Positions 13,051 to 22,154 of a DNA stretch of 64,000 bases are shown here, in pieces. A program made the translations under genes and the position numbers. This DNA comes from Malacoraja senta (taxonomy: Eukaryota), in NCBI GenBank assembly GCA_038087875.1, contig CM075995.1:5334001-5398000 (forward strand), read 5' to 3'. Below the pieces are notes generated by a model. That model had not been told where the DNA came from, did no database searches, and saw nothing but the letters and a program-made list of their open reading frames with translations. Positions within the stretch are counted from its first letter, which is position 1. The number at the start of each line of letters is the position of its first letter.

Positions 13051-13433
13051 ACCACCATTAAAACCACAATAAATCCACACAAAACACCACACTCACAGAT
13101 CAGTAGACATTCAGTGTGTTCAGTTGCTTCACAGCTCAGACAGTCGTGACCTCTTCCTCCCCCATCTTGCAGAGACTGAGCCACACCCACACTTCCGGGT
13201 TTTATAATCCCTCCCCCCTCCCACCGGAAGGGGCATGGCCTTCATGCGTGATTGACAGGAGAGAGATTCTCAACATTTTTTTAAACACTAATAACACTTT
13301 TATTTTTCATTGATGGGAAGAATCCTCTGCACCTGATGAGCGGAGGGGGACTGAGTAAGATGGCCAAAAATCACAGCCGTAAGTGGTAGTGTTTTATCTA
13401 AAATCTATATACAGTGCAAACAGGAAGTTGTCA

Positions 13434-13785
13434 AGTTACCACCACCAACAACCATTTGCAGTGCAGCATTTCAAAGCAGTTACCACCACCAACAACCATC
13501 TGCAGTGCAGCATTTCAAAGCAGTTACCACCACCAACAACCATTTGCAGTGCAGCATTTCACGGCAGTTACCACCACCAACAACCATTTGCAGTGCAGCA
13601 TTTCAAAGCAGTTACCACCACCAACAACCATTTGCAGTGCAGCATTTCAAAGCAGTTATCACCACCAACAACCATTTACAGTGCGGCATTTCAAAGCAGT
13701 TACCACCACAAACAACCATTTGCAATGCGGCATTTCAAAGCAGTTACCACCACCAACAACAATTTGCAGTGCAGCATTTCAAAGC
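13434..13785. repeat. 44-bp minisatellite, 8 copies, inside Helitron
   Basis: Unit AGTTACCACCACCAACAACCATTTGCAGTGCAGCATTTCAAAGC. Confidence 0.97.
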
Positions 13786-14534
13786 AACCACATTTTCATT
13801 TTCAAACCACATTAAGGGCACTCACAGTTGAGTAGACATGTGTTCAGTGTTATTCACAGCTCAGAGAGACGTGACCCTCTCGCTTCCTCCATCTTGCAGA
13901 GACTGAGTGAGGCACAACACTTCCGGATTTTATAGTCCCTCCCCCTCCCACCAGCAGGGGTAGCAGAGAGAATCTCAAATTTTTTAAAACATTAATAACT
14001 CTTTTATTTTTCATCAATGAGAAAAATCCTCTTGTCCAGCGCCAAAAATGGCCAAAAATCACAGCCGTAAGTGGCAGCGTTTTTTCAAAAATCATGAAAC
14101 AGAAAAACAGGAAGTGGTCAAGATCTTACTTTTAGTAATATAGATGGGCCAAAGTGTTTATAGGCTGAAAGGCCTGTTTCCATGCTGTGTTATTCTGACT
14201 ATGACACGAGCTAGGCTTCTGCATATTCTCATGAACAATGCCTGCTTCCATCTCCATAGCAATTCCATCTGAAGCGTGGTCTGTCCATTCCCTTCACCGA
14301 TGCTGCCTCCAACAGTGGCTGTTTGGCTCAAGATTCCAGCATCTGCACTTTCTTGTGCCTCCATCTTCAACTACGGCCAGGGGTTATGGGGAGAAGGCAG
14401 GAGAATGGGGTTAGGAGGGAGAGATAGATCAGCCACGATTGAATGGCGGTGTAGACTTGATGGGCCGAATGGCCTAATCTGCTCCTATCACATGACCTTA
14501 TGAACTACTTCTATCTCAGATGCTGCTCTCCAGA

Positions 14535-15890
14535 TGCGGTGTTATCTGAGGTAGATGTTAAAGATTGAATTGATCCTGATCTAGGAAGGGATGTGAGTTG
14601 ACCCTGGAGACATGGAGAGGCAATACTCAGCGTTGCACTTTGGTATCAGCCTAGTATGGCCACTTGCCTCATAAACCTGTTAAAGAAGGAACTGCAGATG
14701 CTGGAAAATCGAAGGTACACAAAAATGCTGGAGAAACTCAGCGGGTGCAGCAGCATCTATGGAGCGAAGGAAATGGGCAACGTTTTGGGCCGAAACCCTT
14801 CTTTAGACTGATAGGGGGTGGGGAGAAGAGGTTCCCCACCCCCTATCAGTCTGAAGAAGGGGTTCGGCCCGAAACGTTGCCTATTTCCTTCGCTCCATAG
14901 ATGCTGCTGCACCCGCTGAGTTTCTCCAGCATTTTTGTGTACCTGCCTCACAAACCTTCCTGATCCATCAACAAAATCGTGTTACCTGGTTTCAAGAGGC
15001 AGAAATGAGGCATTGAATTAACTGCCGCAACAAAACTAACACCCAAAATTGTTCAAAATGGCTGACCGAAAAGGATGTTTCCACTAGTGAGAGAGTCTCG
15101 GACTAGAGGTCATAGTCTCAGAATTAAAGGACCTTCTTTTAGGAAGGAGATGAGGAGAAATTTCTTTAGTCAGGGGTTGGTGAATCTGTGGAATTCATTG
15201 CCACGGAAGACTGTACAGGCCAAGTCAGTGGATCATTGTAAGGCAGAGATAGATAGATTCTTGATTAGTACAGATGTCAGAGGTTATGGGGAGAAAGCAG
15301 GAGAGAGAGAGGAGAGATAGATCAGCCATGATTGAATGGCGGAGTAGACTTGATGGGCCAAATGGCCTAATTCTTCTCCTATTCCTTTTATGACCTGCAG
15401 AAAAGGCTCAGAAATCCAACAGAAATGCTACGACTTACGCAGCGGTCACACTCTCCGCTGAAGAGGACCTGTTCTTGCAAACCACTTTTGCCCACAGTTT
15501 AATGGAAAATCCAGCGGTCAGGAAAAGGTCATGTAGTGTAATCTGCATTCATCACGTATTTAACACACAGTGAAGACTGCGTTCATTGTTTCTCCAGATG
15601 TCACTGGAGAAAATTGTAGGCTGCCAAATACTTCATCGGCATTGTGTAAAGAATGAAGCCCAGTAATCAAAATGATCTGATGCCCCCCCCCCCCGTGACA
15701 CATTGCATGGCTGGAGATACTCTCCACAATGAATTCACGTTAGTGAAGCGCTGGGATCAATTAAATCATCAAGGCACTGTGACAAAATTGTCACTGCAAG
15801 TCTGCGAGGAAGTCTTCAATCACTTGCAAGTCTGAGAGCAACACTTCCTGCACTGTGAGCAGGCGATTGAGGTTGACCCTGACAATGACA
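14535..15890. repeat. Right arm of the diverged inverted duplication; includes a CR1 3' fragment (~15073-15390, +)
   Basis: Reverse-complement match to 5745-6825 and to 3557-3585. Confidence 0.9.
14679..14944. mobile_element. Palindromic Penelope-derived insertion (inverted 3' ends)
   Basis: Arms are reverse complements and match the 3' end of the element at 62092-63183; 13-bp TSD GCCTCAYAAACCT (14666-14678, 14945-14957). Confidence 0.9.
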
Positions 15891-16029
15891 ACATCTGTGG
15901 CCGGGAAGTCCCGTTGTAGAAAACCAAAGTTGGACCTTTCGGCTCTTTCATGTAAATGGTCACAATTACGTACTATCTGCCCTCCCTGGTGTGCTCTTGA
16001 CTTGCCAGATGAGGAAAATTAGGTCATGC

Positions 16030-16190
16030 ATTGACATCAATAGTATCCATCAAAAATGAAATGGGTTATGGAGAAACCTTCTCAGATTTAGCTGCCTTCA
16101 GAAGTTTGTTACCATTCTGTATCAGCTATGTAATGACATGCAGGCCACAGTCCCAGCCTACACTTCCTCCACCAAAACCATCCCCAATGC
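16030..16190 (+). mobile_element. Ancient RTE-like LINE reverse-transcriptase relic
   Basis: Translates as GLWRNLLRFSCLQKFVTILYQLCNDMQATV, resembling the RTE RT segment LW..L..FGCP.KF...L..LH.DM.A.V. Confidence 0.55.
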
Positions 16191-16297
16191 AATAAGCAGA
16201 TGAATCTATTTCTCGAGAAATAGTCTGTTTCAAATCCTCCTGACTTCAGCTGTCTTCCAACAGGCTTTCCATGGAGACAGCCCAGTGGACCAACAGG

Positions 16298-16625
16298 TCG
16301 GCACATGGCGCAGCGGTAGAATTGCTGCCTTACATCACTTGCAGCGCCAGAGACCCAGGTTCGATCCCAACTATGGATGCTGTCTGTACGGAATTGTACA
16401 TTCTCCCCAAACCGCGTGGGTTTTCTCCGAGACCTTCGGTTTCATCCCACACTCCAAAGACGTACAGGTATGTAGGTTAATTGGCTTGGTGTACGTGTAA
16501 ATTGTCCCGAGTGTGTGTAGGCTTGTGTTGATGTGCGGGGATCGCTGGTCGGTGCGGACTCGGTGGGCCAAAGGGCCTGTTTCCACGCTGTATCTCTAAA
16601 CTAAGCAAAACTAAACTAAACTAAA
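16298..16625 (+). mobile_element. Full-length V-SINE
   Basis: Box A TGGCGCAGCGG, box B GGTTCGATCCC, central domain, CR1-like tail, (CTAAA)n. Confidence 0.9.
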
Positions 16626-17152
16626 CAGGAAAACATTGACATTCTCCACTTTCACTCAGTTTCAGTTTAATTTATTGTCACGTGTACCGAGGTACACGTG
16701 ACAATAAAGCTTTTGTTGCGTGCTAACCAGCCAGCGTAAAGACGATACATGATTACATTCGAGCCATTCGAGCCATAAAAGTTGCTTTTTCATTCTTCTT
16801 TCCAAATTGGATAGCCTCACATTTTCCCACTTCATACTCCATTTCTCAACTTCTTGGTCACAAATGTAACGTGTCCAGATTTCTTGGCAGGCTTTCTGAT
16901 GGATCCACATTCAAACACAGCCAGACTGCTACCCACGAGGGACCATGTGCAACTTTCATCAGCAACAGTAACACTTCCAATTTTAGACAGTCGTCAAATC
17001 AAATATTTAATATGGACTTGCTCACGCCTTTTACCCCAATTCATTGTTAAGTGAAGGAATTGTGCATTATTAATCATTTGAATATTGTACCTATCATGGA
17101 CTGTTTCTAATGCCATGTTTAATTTAGTTTGCAAGCTTTTAAATCAGACAGC

Positions 17153-17915
17153 AAATAGACAATTATATGGAAATAGACAATAGGTGCAGGAGTAGGCCAT
17201 TCGGCCCTTCGAGCCAGCACCGTCATTCAATGTGATCATGGCTGATCAACCACAGTACCCCGTTCCTGCCTTCTCCCCATAATCCCTGACTCCACTATTC
17301 ACAAGAGCCCTATCTAGCTCTCTCTTGAAAGTATCCAGAGAACCGGCCTCCACCGCCCTCTGACGCAGAGAATTCCACAGACTCACAACTCTCTGTGTGA
17401 AAAAGTGTTTCCTCATCTCCGTTCTAAATGGCTTACCCCTTATTTTTCAAGCGTGGCCCCTGGTTCTGGACTCCCCCAACATCGGGAACATGTTTCCTGC
17501 CTCTAGTGTGTCCAAACCTTTAATAATCTTATATGTTTCAATACGATACCCTCTCATCCTTATAAACTCCAGAGTATACAAACCCAGCCGTTCCATTCTC
17601 TCAGCATATGACAGTCCAGCCATCCCAGGAATTAACCTTGTGAACCTACACTGCACTCCCTCAATAGCAAGAATGTCCTTCCTCAAACTCGGAGACCAAA
17701 ATTGCACACAATATTCCACGTGTGGTCTCACTAGGCCCTATACAACTGCAGAAGGACCTGTTTGCTCCTACACTCAACTCCTCTTGTTATGAAGGCCAAC
17801 ATGCCATTCGCTTTCTTCACTGCCTGCTGTACCTGCATGCTTACTTTCATTGACTGATGAACAAGGACCGCCAGATCCCGTTGTGCTTCCCCTTTTCCCA
17901 ACTTGACACCATTTA
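17153..17915 (-). mobile_element. CR1 LINE 3' fragment
   Basis: ORF 17447-17731 is CR1 ORF2 C-terminal sequence; CTATTGT tail. Confidence 0.92.
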
Positions 17916-17916
17916 G

Positions 17917-18204
17917 CAGGGGTGGAAATCGCTATCAAAAACTGGGAGGGACACAATTTGGGGGGGGACACAATTTCTTGGTGACCGCGCGCACCCGCAT
18001 GCGCACACACACACACGCGAGGCTTTGGAGGCTTCAGCTGTGGGCCCTGACCTGGTTGGTGATCGACTCCGAACTCCCGCAACAGCAACTTCGTCCGCCC
18101 CGAATTGTGGGGCTTGAATCGCCCCGTTCGCGGGGCCTTTCATCGCCCGGCACATCTTAAAATTGCCCGTCGGAGGCTTCAACATTGGGAGCCTCGATCG
18201 CCTC
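17917..18204. repeat. GC-rich repeat fragment (probable DNA-transposon end), second copy at ~38632-38925
   Basis: Both begin CAGGGG(T/C)GGAAATCGCT(A/G)TCAAAA and align over ~290 bp. Confidence 0.7.
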
Positions 18205-19896
18205 AATAGACAATAGACAATAGACAATAGGTGCAGGGGTAGGCCATTCGGCCCTTCGAGCCAGCACCGCCATTTAATGTGATCATGGCAGTACCCCGTT
18301 CCTGCCTTCTCCCCATATCCCCTGATTCCGCTATTTTTAAGAGCCCTATCTAGCTCTCTCTTGAAAGCATCCAGAGAACCTGCCTCCCTCTGTGAGAAAA
18401 AGTGTTTCCTCGTCTCTGTTCTAAATGGCTAACCCCTGATTCTTAAACTGTGGCCCCTGGTTCTGGACTCCCCGAACATCGGGAACATGTTTCCTGCCTC
18501 TAGAGTGACCAAACCCTTAACAATCTTACCATTTAGATAGTAATCTGCCTTCCTGTTTTTGCTACCAAAGTGGATAACCTCACATTTATCCGCATTAAAC
18601 TTCATCTGCCATGCATCTGCCCACTCACCCAACCTGTCCAAGTCACCCTGCATTCGCATAGCATCCTCCTCACAGTTCACACTGCCACCCAGCTTTGTGT
18701 CATCTGCAAATTTGCTAATGTTACTTTGAATCCCTTCATCCAAATCATTGATGTATATTGTAAATAGCTGCGGTCCCAGCACCGAGCCTTGCGGTACCCC
18801 ACTAATCACTACCTGCCATTCTGAAAGGGACCCGTTAATCCCTATTCTTTGTTTCCTGTCTTCCAACCAATTTTCTATCCATGTCAGCACTCTACCCCCA
18901 ATACCATGTGCCCTCATTTTGCCAACTAATCTCCTATGTGGGACCTTATCAAATGCTTTCTGAAAGTCCAGGTACACTACATCCACTGGCTCTCCCTTGT
19001 CCATTTTCCTAGTTACATCCTCAAAAAATTCCAAAAGATTAGTCAAGCATGATTTCCCCTTCGTAAATCCATGCTGACTCGGACCGATCCTGTTACTGCT
19101 AACCAAATGTTCGGCTATCTCATCTTTTATAATTGACTCCAGCATCGTCCCCACCACCGATGACAGGCTAACTGGTCTATAATTCCCTGTTTTCTCTCTC
19201 CCGCCTTTCTTAAAAAGTGGGATAACATTAGCTACCCTCCAATCCACAGGAACTGATATTGAATCTATAGAACATTGGAAAATAATCACCAATGCGTTCA
19301 CGATTTCTAGAGCCACTTCCTTAAGTACCCTGGGATGCAGACCATCAGTCCCTGGGAATTTATCAGCCTTCAGTCCCATCAGTTTACCCATCACCATTCC
19401 CTGTCTAGTGTGAATTTCCTTTGGTTCCTCCGTCACCCCAGATCCTCATGGCCACTAGTACATCAGGAAGATTGTTTGTATCTTCCTTAGTGAAGATGGA
19501 TCCAAAGTACCTGTTCAACACATCTGCCATTTCCTTGTTCCCCACAATAAATTCACCCTTTTCGGTCTTCAAGGGTCCAACTTTGGTCTTAACTAATTTT
19601 TTCCACTTCACATACCTAAAGAAGCTTTTACTATGCTCCTTTATATTATTGGCTAGCTTACCTTTGTACCTCATCTTTTCTCCCCGTATTGCCTTTTTAG
19701 TTATCTCCTGTTGCTTTTTAAATGCTACCAAATCCTCTGGCTTCCCACTCATCTTTGCTATGTTATACGTCTTCTCTTTTATTTTTATACTGTCCCTGAC
19801 TTCCCTTGTCAGCCATCGTCGTTGGAATCTTTCTTCCTCTTTGGAATAAACTGATCCTGCACTTTCTGTAATATTCCCGGAAATACCTGCCATTGT
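18204..19896 (-). mobile_element. Degenerate CR1 (outer element A), 3' part
   Basis: RT motifs [25 protein letters not shown] in ORF 18429-19436; internal deletion of the C-terminal region; continues at 26821 with ATTGT duplicated. Confidence 0.93.
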
Positions 19897-21007
19897 GGGA
19901 GATTTCAATTTTCCACACATAGACTGGGAAACACATTCTGTAAATGGGCTGGATGGGTTGGAGTTTGTAAAATGTGTGCAGGAAAGTTTTTTTGCAGCAA
20001 TACATAGAAGTACCTACTAGAGAAGGGGCGGTGCTGGACCTCCTGTTAGGAAATGAGGTGGCAGAGGTATGCGTTGGGGAACAGTTCGGGACCAGTGATC
20101 ACAATACCATTAGTTTCAATATAATTATGGAGAGGGTCAGAACTGGACCTAGGGTTGAGATTTTTGATTGGAGAAAGGCTAACTTTGAGGAGATGCGAAA
20201 GGATTTAAAAGGAGTAAATTGGGACAGTTTGTTTTATGGGAAAGATGTGGAAGAGAAATGGAGGACATTTAAAGGTGAAATTTTAAGAGTACAGAATCTT
20301 TATGTCCCTGTTCGGTTGAAAGGAAATAGTAAAAATTGGAAAGAGCCATGGTTTTCAAGGGAAATTGGACACTTAGTTCGGAAAAAGAGAGAGATCTACA
20401 ATAATTATAGGCAGCATGGAGTAAATGAGGTGCTTGAGGAGTATAAAAAATGTAAAAAGTGTCTTAAGAAAGAAATTAGAAAAGCTAAAAGATATGAGGT
20501 TGCTTTGGCAAGTAAGGTGAAAGTAAATCCAAAGGGTTTCTACAGCTATATTAATAGCAAAAGGATAACGAGGGATAAAATTGGTCCATTAGAGAGTCAG
20601 AGTGGACAGCTATCTGCAGAGCCAAAAGAGATGGGGGAGATATTGAACAATTTCCTTTCTTCGGTATTCACCAAGGAGAAGGATATTGAATTATGTGAGG
20701 TAAGGGAAACAAGTAGAGTAGCTATGGAAACTTTGAGATTCAAAGAAGAGGAAGTACTGAAACTTTTGAGAAATATAAAAGTGGATAAGTCTCCAGGTCT
20801 GGACAGGATATTCCCTAGGACATTGAGGGAAGTTAGTGTAGAAATAGCAGGGGCTATGACAGAAATATTTCAAATGTCATTGGAAACGGCAATAGTGCCG
20901 GAGGATTGGCGTACTGCGCATGTTGTTCCATTGTTTAAAAAGTGGTCTAAGAGTAAACCTAGCAATTATACACCTGTTAGTTTGACGTCAGTGGTGGGCA
21001 AATTAAT
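19897..21007 (+). mobile_element. 5'-truncated CR1 (middle element B), 5' part
   Basis: Endonuclease end and linker (GDFNFP..., SDHN, KSPG.D) to ...SVVGKL; continues at 25466 (ILRDNIYKHL). Confidence 0.93.
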
Positions 21008-21200
21008 TGCTCCCAAATCTACAGAACTGCTGTAGATTTGGGAGCAACAGCAGCAGGAGATTAGCAAGAGATACGACTGATTGGCTCTAGCCCGAGTGGG
21101 AGGAGAGAAGTGAGTCAGAGGGGGGAAAAACAGTTGAAAAGTAGAAGCCAAGCACAGGCAGACTTTATTCTTAATAGGACCAGTTAATTACTTATATAAG

Positions 21201-22154
21201 ATGGGTGGCCAGGAGATGTGCCAATACTGTGAGATGTGGGAAATTGTTGACACCATTGATGTAGATGATCCCTACAGCTGCAGTAAGTGTTTGAAGCTAG
21301 CGGAACTCGAGCTCCGCATTGATGAGCTGGAGACCCAACTTCATACGCTGCGGTGCATCAGGGAGGGAGAGTATTACCTGGATGTTTTGTGCCAGGGGAT
21401 GGTCACACCGACCAGTTTAACTAATTCAGTAGTTAGTGAGCAGGGAAAGGAAGGTGTGGCCATAAGGGAGGCAGGTAGGGGGAACCAGGAGGAGATGCGG
21501 CAGGAGCCACAGCCCTTGTCCCTGACGAGCATGACCGAGGCTCTTACTCAATGTGAGGACGGGATCAGGGGCTGTGGGAGGGATGAGCAACCTGGCTGCA
21601 GCACCGTGGATCAGGGGGCCATTCAAGAGGGGGGAGTTAGAAGAAATGCCGTGGTGATAGGGGATAGTATTATTCGGGGGGTAGATAAGGTTCTCTGCGG
21701 CCAGCAGAACATGTCCCGAAGGCTGTGTTGCCTACCCGGTGCTAGGGTTAAGGATATCTCTGCGATGCTGGAGAGAAATTTGCAGAGTGAGGGGGAGGAT
21801 CCAGTGGTCGTGGTCCATGTGGGGACCAATGACATAGGAAGGACGAGGAAGGAGGATCTGCTGAACGAGTTTGAGCAGTTAGGGAATAAATTAAAAAGCA
21901 GAACCTCGAGGGTACTGATCTCCGGATTGCTACCTGAGCCACGGGCCAAATCGGCGAGGGTACGAAAAATTAAAAAGCTGAATGCGTGGCTCAAAGACTG
22001 GTGTGGGAAAAATGGGTTTGGTTTCTTGGGCCACTGGCACCAGTACTGGGACAGGGGGGATCTGTTCTGTAAGGACGGACTTCACCTGAACGGTGCTGGG
22101 ACTGGGGTCCTGGCAAATCATATAACTAGGGCAGTAGAGAGGTCTTTAAACTAA
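21201..22154 (+). CDS. CR1 ORF1p: zinc finger, coiled coil, SGNH/GDSL esterase domain (317 aa)
   Basis: CxxC...CxxC N-terminus, GDSII, LPGA, HVGTND, DGLHL motifs. Confidence 0.93.
   Translation: MGGQEMCQYCEMWEIVDTIDVDDPYSCSKCLKLAELELRIDELETQLHTLRCIREGEYYLDVLCQGMVTPTSLTNSVVSEQGKEGVAIREAGRGNQEEMRQEPQPLSLTSMTEALTQCEDGIRGCGRDEQPGCSTVDQGAIQEGGVRRNAVVIGDSIIRGVDKVLCGQQNMSRRLCCLPGARVKDISAMLERNLQSEGEDPVVVVHVGTNDIGRTRKEDLLNEFEQLGNKLKSRTSRVLISGLLPEPRAKSARVRKIKKLNAWLKDWCGKNGFGFLGHWHQYWDRGDLFCKDGLHLNGAGTGVLANHITRAVERSLN

Larger units (their letters stand above)
12548..14144 (-). mobile_element. Non-autonomous Helitron, both termini intact
   Basis: 5' TCTATATTACTAAAA; 3' hairpin TGGGACCC-AAC-GGGTCCCA then ...CTAG; inserted between A and T of a CR1 3' end (GATA|TGGGCCAAA) with no TSD. 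Confidence 0.9.

Noticed and set aside
13383..13835. Three overlapping repetitive ORFs and a CRISPR-like periodic look
   Set aside because: Head-to-tail 44-bp minisatellite with no unique spacers and no cas genes, in eukaryotic DNA
16298..16375. tRNA gene candidates (box A and box B)
   Set aside because: They are SINE heads continuing into the central domain and CR1-like tail; no full cloverleaf
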